This document shows, piece after piece, positions 11,938 through 24,270 of a stretch of DNA of 45,094 nucleotides. Within the stretch, counting starts at the first letter, position 1. Each line of letters starts with the position of its first letter. Made by a program: the position numbers and the translations under genes. Origin of the DNA: Mesotaenium endlicherianum. Its lineage: Eukaryota. The notes under the pieces were generated by a model. It made no database searches. It had not been told where the DNA came from and worked only from the letters and a program-made list of their open reading frames with translations. Location of the stretch: contig WELA01002318.1 in NCBI GenBank assembly GCA_009602735.1, positions 29,597 through 74,690 on the forward strand. The letters run 5' to 3'.

Positions 11938-12646
11938 TAAACTTGCAAGAGGTACCTCCACTGGTGGTTTTAGATCTAGAACTATTACGAGGTGCATTTT
12001 GTTATTGCAAACATGTAGTACCCTTGACTTCACTGAAGTGTAACAAAACCGTTTCCTGACGTTCTCTCCGCGGTTCTTCATGTATGTCACTAAACCGGAA
12101 GAATCAGGTCGGGATAGAGAAAGTTTCAGGATCTTCGGTAGATTTCCCTTGTCGGATTTGGTTGGGAAATTTGGAAAGTAATGAGCGACGTGGATACATT
12201 GGGCGCCGTTGCGCTCCGAGAATGCAACACATTCTGAAAGGTCCACGCTGACAGCCAAATGGGACAATGGAAGGCCGGAGAGAGCTGTAGAGCACGGTAG
12301 AGAGCGACCATCAGGCATTGTGATACTCCATGTATAATTGCAGCTGCTTAGTTGGTCTCAAATAGCCCCCATCCTTCTCTGATCCTTCAAGACGGAGAGT
12401 TATATGTGTACTACGGTCTCATTGTTAGGACGCAGAGAAGACGAAGATCGGCGCATTGTCGTTTTCCACAGCGATTTTGATCACCGGCAAGAACTAGACG
12501 AAAGATCTGTGTCTTTGTGGTCGTGCAGGATGACAAGAGTGGCGCAGAGTGATTGCCCACTGAAGGGTGGTTGCACAGTTCACTGATAGGGGGATTATTT
12601 ATGAGCAAGTGCTGCAGAAGGCTGCTTCCACCTTCAACTCACGATT

Positions 12647-14674
12647 ATGAGCACATTTCGATGCTCCAGGAACCTTGCATTCTCTTCTATCTTTGTGCCA
12701 ATACAATATAAATCTCGCACGAGCTACCGGTGCTCAGTCGATTTTCACTTCTATACCCAGTCGTCACCTTGCTTTCTTCCATATGCTGGAACATTAAAAG
12801 AAGTTAATGCACGTGGGGCTTCTTCAGGGGGGCTTCAGCTCCAACGAGCTACACATTCGGCCGCACTAAGAAGCACTAGAAGCCTTAGAAGCGGATCTCC
12901 CTTTGCTGGTATTTCGACGTTCTCCCGTGGCACGAGGGACCAGGGACGGTTGGGATCACGGGAGGGTACACCTAGAGCAGCATCCAGCGGTACAGCATCC
13001 GTTGATCTTGCCGAAATGGAGGACGAGGTTCCTCTGAGGAACGCTTCTGGCGCCCAGAAGCAAGCCACCTTTCGAGTAGAAGAAGTGGGGGGGCACATGA
13101 CCGAATTCGTAGAAATCAGATCCAAACGACCGAAGTTTACCGTGATTGTCATTCCCGGCAATCCTGGTATAAGCCCGTACTACAAGGACTACGTGGAGGC
13201 TCTCTACGCTGACCTTGAAGGGCGGGCTAACGTAATCTCTGTGGGACACCTGGGCTTCTCTGAGAAGGATTGGGAAAACGGGCGGCTCTTTTCCCTCCAA
13301 GACCAGATCCTCCATAAGCAGCAGTGCCTGCAGCACATTCAGAACGATCAGCACATTCGAAGCGAGCGGCACATTCCGGAAAATGATCAGCACGTTCGGG
13401 GTGAGGGTGACAAGGAGCTGCCTGTGGTGCTCGTGGGGCACTCCATCGGCGCATTCATCACATTGGAGCTCATGCAGAGGTTCCCAGCGCAGGTGCATCA
13501 GATGATTGGCCTGTACCCCTTCATACGCACCAACAAGCAGTCTCGACGGCAGAGATTTCTCGCCAGGGCCTCCCGCTCCAGGCTCCTGCGTGCTGTGCTG
13601 GCGGCATTTGCTGGCGTCGTCGGGAGCCTCCCCGGGTTCCTCAGGCTGAGGGCTGTGGGAGCCCTCTTTGGGCGGCTCTGGAGCCGATCTGCCATCGACG
13701 TCACCTATCGCTACCTTCTGCAGGTGTGAACGCTCTCTCTCTCTCTCCTCCTGCTGCTGCTGTGGTGACGTGACTGGCCGGTGTCAAGAAGGTTATTTTT
13801 TGGGGGGCGGGGGGGCAGGGGGGGGGAAGGTTCTGGCAATGTGGTCAGGTGGCACGTGTTCAAAGTGCCATGCAGCAAGCGCACGGCAGTATGGGCCAGG
13901 CGGCACATATACTTGGGAGAGAGGGAGAGAGGGAGAGAGAAAGGTGGACGAGGGCGGTTGCCCCTTCCCCCCCTCCTCCCCTCCCCTCCCCTCCCTCCCG
14001 TCTAATGAACAAATTNGAACAGACCCGACGGAAAGACCAGCGAGCGCTGTCTCAGCGTTCGACGAAGGAAAGGTGAAGCAGGGCGGGGCCCCGCCAGGGG
14101 TCTGCCAGGTGGCTTCGGGCGTGGGATTCCTGACGAGCCTTTTGAGTACTTTCTGGAGGAGAAGCGCGGGCACCACTTGGAAGCCCCCTCAGAAGCCTGG
14201 GCTGGGTGTGCGCCTGCAAGGGCGAGGAGCAGAGTGCGGACGGAGCCTTGCAGCAAATCAGAGGGGCCCCTGGTTTTGTTCTCGTCTTGTTCGTCTTTTC
14301 TTTCTCTTCTTCTTTTTCTCTCTCTTTTTTGTTACCCATTAGAGCAACAGTCACATGTGGCTCTCGTGGGGCTCTTGTTTGGTGGCTGTTCAGCTTACTA
14401 CTCAACCCCCTTGTTGTTTTCTTTGATGGAGGTGCGGAAGGGGGAGAAGTAAGGGGCAGGGAGGCAGAGGGGGAGGTGAGGGGGAGGGGGAAGGGACGGG
14501 CGACGAGGATGGAAGAAGGGGTGGGCGAGGGGGGAGGGAGGGAGCTTGGGAAAGAGAGCAGAGCCAGGTGAGGGGCGCAGTCTCCTTCTGAGGCACAATA
14601 GTGATTTTTAGGATGGGAAGTTGCAATGAAGGGGCCTTTACTGAGGTGCCTTCTGTTGGCGGCAGCCTTAGTCA

Positions 14675-14705
<31 letters not shown>

Positions 14706-17280
14706 CACACTCCGACGCGATAGGTAGAAGAGCCTTCAGGTGCCCCTTCAGGTGTTCAGTGAGATCCGTCCAGATCCGCATCATTGCCCGAGAGCGGGAG
14801 CCAGCAGGCAGGTGCTGGGAGGGGCTCTGACGCTCTGCTGCTGAGGTGGCGGGAGCTGGTTGGGCGGGGCAGTACGGTGTGGTCAGCAACTTCAGCTTCA
14901 TGGGCTCCACCGAGTTTGACGCTGTGAGTGGGCGCTAGGCCTCGCCTCTCCTCGCCTCTCCCCTCCTCTCCTCTCCCCTCCTCCCCGTAGATCGAACATC
15001 GTGGCCAGGGGTCTCATCAGAATTTCTGAGCCCGTGAGCACCGGCCTTGCCTCTCCTCGTCGCATGTTGTCCTCGTTCGTGTCTGGGGGCGGCCGGGCTC
15101 GTCAGCTATGGCAATATACCTCTTCTGGAACTTTCCAACCCCATTTGTCTCTCCTCGCGCCGTGCATTGGTCTCGCTCTCGTGCCCAGGGGCCTCTTTGC
15201 CTTCTGGAGCCTCGCCTCTTCTCGCGTCGCATGTCGTCCTCACTCGTGGTCAGGCGCCTCGTCAGTCTCGGCAATTGCCTCCTCTTCCTCCTCCTCCTGT
15301 GGAACTCCCACACGCGGTTTATCCTACACCCAGCCTCGCTTTCAGGCACTTCTAACATCGCAATAGAGTTCTCGTCTGCGTAGGCGTAGACGCAGGCGCA
15401 GGCGTAGGCGTAGGCGAAGGAGGAGGCATAGGCGTAGTCGAAGGATGAGCATAGGCGTAGGCGTAGGGACCTCTTCTTCGGCTCCCGCTCAGCCGGCTCC
15501 ACTGGGCCTGCTATCTCCAGCCTTGCCTCGTCTTGTGGCGTGTCGCTTAGAAGCGTCGTTGGCTGGCGGAGGCGTACGCGTAGGCGTAGACGCAAGCAGG
15601 CATAGGTGCCCTAGGCGTAGGCCAACACAGGCATAGACACAGTCGCCTTTTCAGTTTTGGCACTCTGCTCAGCAGCTGGAGTCCCTCTCTTCCCTGGATT
15701 CGAACCTTGGCTCTCCCTTGGACGTGTTCTGGCGTGTGCTGCAGCGTTGGTTTGGATTTCGTAGCGCTGCATTCCTCGAGTTACTAGAGCCTCTGGAAAA
15801 ATCTGGATGTTGCGTTTCTTCTTTCGTATGGCTTCTGACTTCCGTCTGTTCCGTCGAATGGACAGGGTCGATCTATGCCCTGTGGGGTCTTTTGTTCCTT
15901 TGCTTGTGCTGCTTGGATTGCTTCTTAGACACATTCTCGGCTGTCGCATGTCGCACTTGTTCGCGCGCATAAACTTCGAAGCCCGCAGGGCACCGGTCTA
16001 GTCGGGGTCAGGGTTGGGGGGGTTCCGGTCGAAATTTGGCGGGAAAATTTGGCGGGAAAAGTGGACTGATCGAGACGGGGGGCTGCCGCTCGCCTGTGTG
16101 ACTGGCTGCCGTGCGCAGCTGGACAAGGAGCCCAACTGGGACTTCATGAGAGCCCACAGCCGTAGGATCGGGTTCATCTTCGGAGTTGACGACCATTGGG
16201 GCCCCCTGCACCACAGAGATGAGGTCCCAGCTCCAGCTCCCAGCAACCCCCCCCCCCNNNNNNNNNNNNNNNNNNNNNNNNNNNNNNNNNNNNNNNNNNN
16301 NNNNNNNNNNNNNNNNNNNNNNNNNNNNNNNNNNNNNNNNNNNNNNNNNNNNNNNNNNNNNNNNNNNNNNNNNNNNNNNNNNNNNNNNNNNNNNNNNNNN
16401 NNNNNNNNNNNNNNNNNNNNNNGGAAGGGGGTGGGGGAGGTGGAGGGGAGGGGAGGGAGCCGGAAGGATTGTGAAGGAGGAGAGTGTGACTTGCTACCAG
16501 TTATACCCTCTGCTGACTTTAATCAGTTGCGACCCGTTTCCCTTGTTGTGCGTGATCTGCGGATCAAATCTCAGAGCGGAGAGTATCTTTTTGGCAAGCT
16601 CGCTGTGCTGTGAGCTGCCTCGCTGGCGCGTGTTATAGGCCTGCATACTTCTGCCGCCATAAATACTTTGGGCCAGGGCTTTGGCTTTTAGATTCGGGTC
16701 TGAGGTGCAGGCGGTGGCGCTGGGGAAGCCAATTGTGTCTTTGTGTGTTTTTTTTTTTTGAGGGGGGGATGTAGTGACTTCACTGAGTGCCGGCTAGTGA
16801 GGCAGCCATAGGCTGAGTCTGCGACTTTAGGGCTGAGGCTGAGGCGATTTTGTCCTTGGGAGCAAAAGGTTGGGGTTTGCGATTTAGGAGCTGCGCTTAG
16901 TTTGGCTGACAAGGGCTTGTGCTAGAATGTCTGGGAAGGAGGTGCTTCTTTGACTGGTGGCTGATTGGGAGCGGTGGCAGGATAGGTAAAGCAAGCCATC
17001 GACGTTTGGAGCTGCAGGGCGTAAGAGCAGCGGGGTCTGATGGCAACCTCTCTGGTGCACTTTTGTGTGTGTGTGTGTGTGTGGGTGCGCGTGCGCCCAC
17101 ATGTGTGTGGCTGTTTCTGAATCTCTGTTTTTTGAGCCGGCGCAGATGACCCACCATGTGCCGGACATGGAGACGATGGTGGAGAGGGAGGGGCACCTGC
17201 ACGCCTTCTGCTGCACGCTCGCGGGCTCGCAGTGGGTGGCCAGCCAGTGCGCTCGCATGATATCAAAGATGGGTCTGTGA
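12647..17280 (+). CDS. LDAH: Lipid droplet-associated hydrolase (LDAH/DUF2305-type alpha/beta hydrolase)
   Basis: Exons 12647 (or ATG 13016)-13723, 14873-14923, 16119-16223 and 17146-17280; all introns phase 0 GT-AG. Motifs IPGNPG, FSLQDQILHK, nucleophile elbow GHSIG, PNWDFMR...FGVDDHWGP and HAFCCT. Confidence 0.9.
15378..15630. repeat. Two patches of degenerate (GCGTAG)n hexamer repeat in LDAH intron 2
   Basis: gcgtaggcgtagacgcaggcgcaggcgtaggcgtagg... at about 15378-15467 and again at about 15570-15630. Confidence 0.75.
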
Positions 17281-18542
17281 TTCAACTCGCTAATTTCGAT
17301 GTGTTTTTTTTTCGGCTGAAGTGGATGTCAAGCACCACGTGTCGTTTTCTTCGGCAAGCATGGTTGAATTTGCCTGGCTTGTCGCATGAAACGGGTGCTA
17401 CATTTCCATCTTTTTTTTTTCTGGTGCTGACTTTGCACATCTTCTCGAGGAGGTTCAATACTGCCACTGTTGTGAGCGATTTGCATTTAATTGCAGGGTA
17501 AGGTGCCCTTCACCTTGTCCGCGTTTAGCCTAACTTCGCCGTGGGAGTGGTCTTTATTTTAGTTAATATTTCAAGAATATAAGCTCTCCATGTGGGTTTA
17601 CGATGAGGCCGAGGTTCCTAGTTTTATTATTATAATATGGTCGCAAGGTAATGCACAGACTATGAACATAGAGGTGGCAGATGACTGCGACTGAACCTAG
17701 AAGCTGGCAATCCTTTTAGAATATGGTGCGTGTTGGCTCAGTGTAAGCTGTTGCACGTTCAGAAAGACATTGCACTATTTGCCTATACAGTGCACTTTCT
17801 CTATATGTAGTTTGTCATACATACATGGATCTTATCTGAGAAGTCGGGTGTTTCCTACTCTCGGCTCACACGATATGACCATTTCACAATATTGGCCTCA
17901 CCACAAATGGACTTCATCGCCATTTGTCATGCTGATGTGTATAGAAGCACCAAAGATCTGATTGAACAGGTCATTTACTTTCATCCAATGGAAGGTGATA
18001 TAATTCACACTCAAAAATCATAGACATTTGGACGACTAAGTGGCAATTACGCTTACTTAACACAACCTCCTCCATGTCATCAATATTGTATTGGAGGTGT
18101 GCATTCTAACAGGGTATGATAATATATTCTTTGTTGCTTATGCAGGATGTTCAAAAATGATAATGTAGTTTAAACCTGTGACTAAATATAGAATGTCACA
18201 TGACGTAAAGAGCAGTAACACCAGAGGTATGGTCAAGGCAGCCCATGTACATCTGAGTATGTATTATCATGCATATACCCTGTATATGTGGACGGCTGAA
18301 CATAATGGGGATGACGAGATAACAAGGCCTGCCTCCTTGCAGCTCATGCTCACTGCCCAATTGTAAGTACAAAATGGACATGCTGGTCTTCAAGTTGTCG
18401 ACAACAATCACACAGCTTTGAAGTATGCGAAAAATTCGTCCAGAAGTTTGGCGCAAGTTAGTAATCCATGTAAGGCCTCTACATGATCACTGAGCTCAGA
18501 TGCCAGTAACGACCCACAACCAAGTTGCATGGTTTGTCCGAC

Positions 18543-21500
18543 CTAGCGCCCCTGAGAGGGAACAGCAGGTCCATATAGATTGCTGGCAATCTGCTGCAGC
18601 TTGGGTCCCAGGGGCCTGGCGAAGGATGGCCGCTTAGTTGCCTGTTCTTGGTCAGGTCTCTTCTCAGCATTCTTGTGCGTCCGGGGCTCTGACAGGGGCT
18701 GGCTCTCTTCAGGTGGTGGGCTCGACTGTGTGACTGAAACTGGAATGCCTCGGGGTGAAGGAGGCTTGTTTTCCTGTGAACCATGGCTATGGAGCTGGGC
18801 CTGGCTAGTCAGTGGCTGTGGCTGCTGTTGCGGCTGCAGCTGTTGCAGGGATTGGTGCTTCTCCAGAAACTGGTGCTGGAATTGTTGCAGAGGCCGGGTC
18901 TGGGTTTGAGGCAGGGACTGTGGCTGGGGTTGGGGCTGCTGAGGAAGGGCAGTAGGTTTGCTGGGAGGAACTTCCTCTGGCTGCTGGTGGTGCCCTACAG
19001 GCTGAGCTGCAAAAACTGCTGCATCCTCCGGTTGCTCTTCATGGACGAGCATGCCTCCTGGCCCCCCATCAATGTGGGGCTTACCACATGATACAGGGAA
19101 GGCTCCATTGCCACCTGGCAGTTGCTGTGCCATATGCAGGCTGCCAGCCCCCTGCTGCGCCCCCATGACTGTGCAGCTGATATCTGATTCCACAACAGCC
19201 GCCAACTGCGTGAAGCTGGAACTGTGAAGAGCCTGAGTTGAGTTGTGGCGCGGCTGCTCTAAAAGTGACCCATCCAAGGCTGCCTTCTCACTCATAAGTC
19301 CAGTGCCAACGGGAGACACTCCCAGCTGCTCTTGCTGCTGATGAGTCCAGCCCGTGGAGGGTGCTGGCACCACAAGCTCTGGGAGGGTGAAGGGATTCTT
19401 GCTGAACAAGACTTGTGAGTTCCATGCAATTGGTACCTGCTGGTGACTGTGCTCATCAGCCAGCTCTGCTTGCTGGTCACTGCTCCTCTGGCCTGCTTGG
19501 ATTCCAACTTGGGGTGGCGCCTGATTGGTGTGCTCTAAATATGGCACCCTGTCTTGTATGATGTGAACGTGTTTGTCTGGCAGTAGGACAGGCTTCAGCT
19601 CCATGACATTGTCCTTCTGCTCTTTGGAAGGGATTGCTTGCCAATTGAGCACGCCATCATTGACACCTGGCAGGGAACAAAAAGCCTTGGACGGCCCATT
19701 CTCATTTGGCCAATCGTCTTCGTCCCTGCAAGACAATAAGATGTCCCAATACGATGGATCATCAACTTGACTGCTAGTACAAGCTGACGAGCGCAAATAT
19801 CGTACATCCATCCTTCGCTTCTCCATCTGCCACAGACAATGAGAGTCATCATGTGTAACCAAAAGTGCTTATTGCACAACATGACCCTTCATTTATCATT
19901 TTAATCAATTCTGGCATTGACAGGTGAAGTGTTGTTTTAGCTTGGCTGATAGGCTCCCGCTTATTCAAGCCCTGATTGCATACTGCCATATGTGATATGT
20001 TGAAGCACTTACTTGCTTTCTTGTGACGTGGTAGTGCTCAGTTTTTCCGTGTTGTTTTTGTCAAAGTTTTCCCAGTTCTCTCGGCCAAGACGGATGCTTG
20101 TAGACATTGGGTAACTTGCAGATCGCCGATGACTAACGGCAGACTGCATCTGCACACCTAAATTTGTGGATACACTTCTTTCTGGCAATCCTAGCATATG
20201 TTGCCCATTGCACATGTTGTTGCCGAAGTCGATGGAGTCAAAGCTAGTGAAGTTCAGAGTAACAGTGCCTTGCTGAGCACTCACAACATTCAGACTTGCA
20301 GAGAGATCTGGAAAGGACATCACCTCCTGCTCGCTAGCAGGAATTGCCTGTGCACCAGTGGCAGGGTAAATTTGGAGCTCCTGTAGATGTACAACAGTAG
20401 AAACTTCTGGTCCGGACTTTTTAAAGTCCTCAGTTGGATGCACTTGTTCTGGTCCAGAGAAATCTGACATTCTCTTGAAAGCAGCTTGTGTATCTGAACT
20501 TTTCTCCTCAAAATTGGAACTCCTGCTCAATTGAACTTCTTCTTCAAGCCTTCGTTTCAGTGCAGCTGCCTGCATAGCACAATTCCAAAAGTTGAGGTAA
20601 AAGTATTCTGCCCACGCTTATTCTTCCTGTTACTACTTTATGATGCCACAATCTTTCTACCTGTGTTGCATCTCATACCACTATGGTCTACCTTTAGTAC
20701 CACATATTGTTCCCTTTCCCGGTGGCTGGCGGAAACTATTATTAAGAAAGTAAAGTAGAAATGCTCCAGCCTTCTGTCCTGTCCTTGTGTATGTAGCATT
20801 GAGATGTATGGGCCATATGGGATATATAGGATGTTGGGACATGTGGGCCTATTAGCTTTCCAAAGATGTATCCTTTGAAAAATGAATATACCAATAACAT
20901 AAGATAAGAAGTCTAACCTACTGTTTCTACTTTCCTTGGTCCTTTTTTCTTCTCATTGCCTGAAAAGTACAATGAATGGAAATCCACGCCAAATCTGAGA
21001 TACAGACAATCAACTGAGTCGCGGGGAACATAGGAGCTAATTCGAGTACAATACCTGAGTGGGCTATACTCCCAGATGAAATTAATTGTGGATAGACAAG
21101 TGTGTACCTTTGTGCGAACAACTCTTCCATGATCTGCTCTGGTCTTTGGATCTTTGTAGAAGAAAGACAAGGCCAGATCTTGAAGCTGCAAGGCACGTAA
21201 GAAATCAAAGTGTGCATAACCTAACCCCTGAAGGATCCATTGTGCATAATGCTAGCTTTGCGTGTACTTAATTGCTTGGGTCAAATGTCCGTGGTGGATG
21301 TCCAAAACAAAAAATTCTAACTGCAATCCTTTAAGTATCCTCAATGTGTATCAATGTATGTATAATCCGTGGCAATCAGTTGAGGTACTCAGACGTGCAA
21401 CTGCCAAATTTAAACATGTGTAATTTTGCAGAAGGTACCGTTGGTAGCTAACCGGTGATTAGAAGTTACAACGGTGGAGTTAATGAAAATATATGCATAC

Positions 21501-22498
21501 CTGCAGTATCCAGTAGTCTCTATCGCGTGAACTCTTAATAGAATTAGCAGAAACTAAATAGCCAAGCACAATGAGAGCCTTGTACACCTTCCTCCTGCAA
21601 GAGGGAGGATAACGTATTATTTAAACTCAGCAGGTATTGTAAGGAAGCTAATGATGCCAAAATAAAGTGTATATGACCAGGTAACAAACATTGTGCCAAG
21701 AAGGTTGTGAAATGAAGGCAACAAAACAACAACAGCTTAACTCTTACACAAATGCTTCGTTGGATCACAGCATTCTTCCCCAGAAATGTGTTGATATGAA
21801 GAACAAGGATGCAGAATCCTTGTCAACAGATGCTCGATATGATATTTCTTAATCTCAACTACTATCCAAAGAACAGCCAGAGCTGTTGTAGGGTAACAAG
21901 GAGTACCTGCCAAGTACTGGATTTATGATGGGCGAGTAAGTCTAGCTTACCATTTTGCACCATCCTCATGTAATCTTGCGGATAGGGTCGACATAACTTG
22001 GACATATTTTCCTGCTTGAGTGCATGCTGCTTCTATTTCCTGCACAGATTAAACAATTAAGGGCCAATGACACTGCAGGAAAGAAGTAGACTCTGCATTT
22101 GCCCCTAACAGACCTAAATTGAATTGGATGGGTGCCCTGCTTGTTCCACTACGAGTATCAGAGTAAACTGCTGCTGACATAGGTTCCGCTGTTGGGGAAA
22201 AGCCATTCATTCACACTTGTTTCAACATGCAGGCTAGTCCACACAAGTGACTGTGGTCAATGTATACATATCATGCACTATCCAAGCACCCTGATTAGCC
22301 TGAAATATGTTGCACTCGTCGTTCTAAATTTTATGTATGCAAAGACATCACATATAGGGGGAAACTACTTGTTACCTTCAGGACAGATGGCTCTGGACCA
22401 CTTGAATTACTGTCTGTAGCCTTTTTCACTAGCATTTCTACAGGATCCTGATACACCACTTTGCTCTTGGCGCGCTTCAAAAAGGCCTTCATGTTCAT
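18543..22498 (-). CDS. ENTH-domain (epsin-like) clathrin adaptor, divergent, with a long Q/P-rich tail
   Basis: Phase-consistent exons 22498-22376, 22039-21951, 21594-21501, 21185-21108, 20569-20013 and 19725-18543. ENTH domain: EMLVKKATDSNSSGPEPSVLKEIEAAC...VMSTLSARLHEDGAKWRKVYKALIVLGYLV...FFYKDPKTRADHGRVVRTKA. The tail carries WENF (WxxF) and NPF motifs. The acceptor of the last exon is the least certain boundary. Confidence 0.85.
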
Positions 22499-24270
22499 GC
22501 ACTGGACCAAATAGCGCAGGCTTCACCCTATGATGTTGGAGGCCTTAATGCTGATACTTCTAACACTTTTGCATAGTTGTGCTTGAAGGACCTGCAGAAT
22601 CCTCTGTAAGATATAAGTTACATGAACAACACAACACTTGATGATTTCATGCTCCATTTTAATATGCGTCAAATTGGCAGCCATGACAGTTTGTATATAT
22701 CCATCTTTTGCAGCTTTTTTTTCAATGATAAATAAGGCTATGCCCACTATCGAGACCTAGTCAAACTTCAACAAAGCATGCACTTTTTTTAGTGTGCCCT
22801 GCCTAGTCTGATCTGTGCAGTTATAATGGCACAGCAAAGTTCTGCCTGCTTGTAAAATAAAGCGAAACAGTAGGATGCATGCTTGACCTACAATTCAATA
22901 ACATCTGCTGCAGCTTGCCAGCTGTTGAGATGCACTAGCGCATGTTCTTCATCAAATGTGCAACAGTGTCAGCAATTAAGTAATAGTTATAGTACCTAGA
23001 TTTGCAAAAGTTACGACGATTGTCATCTCTACACCTGGAGTCGAAAGGAAAACATGTTTATGTAAGGAATACCCATAAGAGCACGTTATATGCCTACCTG
23101 CTTGCTGTTCTCTTTGATTAATTCCCCTACGTAATACGAGATGACATCGCCCACACAATCGCCCGCGTTCCGTCTGATTAAATGAATGGGGCACCTCGAA
23201 GAATGAACCTCAGGTTAGTATCAATGCTTTTGTTGTGTAGAGCCTCAAAGTCGGCCCTCGATGACTTCGAGATCGTTCCGCATGTCAACTATCGGTAATA
23301 TTCAGACAACCAAACGTGTAACTGCGTCTCTGCGAGTCAAAAAGGATGGCCATTGAGCCGGCCTCACAGTGGCTGTCACTGTCAATAATTTGGCCTCGAT
23401 CGCGTCATGATTGCCATCAAACTGAGGTCTATGCTACAGAACGATGCGTCTCTCAATCTTCAAAGAGACGTAAGAGCGCAAAGAGCCGAATACATACAAA
23501 TTTATCTAATGACTGACTGATATCATTGCTGGTAGTAAGAGAGCACCTCGAGAAGAAGTCTCAGGTACTTATAGCAGTCATCAGCAATTTAGAAGTCATT
23601 GCGCGTTAGCACTTAGCAGATCCCTCCCAACCCACCCAAGAGGAGAGCGCAGGGAGGAGCTACAAGAGAAGGAGTTAGATAAAGGTTCAAATAATAGTGC
23701 ATGATATCGAAACTGTGACATTAGAGGTATGAGTTTGTGGTCATGCACTGTCAACAAGAAGCACTGGTATTTGATATATTCACCGGCAATCGCATAGATC
23801 ATGTTAAATGTCAGACTCACTTCATGGCATGCATTGTATATGGCATACATGAAATGACGCGATCAAGAAAGTGACATTCTGAGATGTGGTTAAATATATA
23901 CAAGTAGTGTTTCGTGCTAAGTAAGTGTGACTAATACTAAACATGAATACCTAGACGTGTATGGCTGCCTGAACAAGGAGGAAGTCGAGGATGCATAGCT
24001 CGGGTATATGCCCTGCTAAACAAGTCTACTATATCGCCTGACAACACTCTGTCATGCTGCTTCTGGATGCAACGAGCTGCATCGTCTTCCAATATCAGAG
24101 TTAAATTGCATATAGATATTGCTATTTGTTTCTCGCTAAAGCTGATGTTGAATAATTTATTACTGCTTATTCCGTTGAACGGCTAGGCAGTCTACTGCTG
24201 CATATGCTAAAGAAAAGTGTCTTGGCAAATTTGTGATGCTCAGCTTCCTGAACAACTAACCTGGTCTGGT

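Noticed and set aside
15696..15706. Perfect Pol III B-box/T-loop motif GGTTCGAATCC on the minus strand
   Set aside because: No T-stem, cloverleaf or A box; neither a tRNA nor a SINE is supported.
19726..19862. N-terminal part of ORF 18543-19862 as coding, or its ATGATGA as a snoRNA box C
   Set aside because: The phase-2 donor at 20013 fits the acceptor at 19725, so this stretch is probably intron; no box D CTGA follows.
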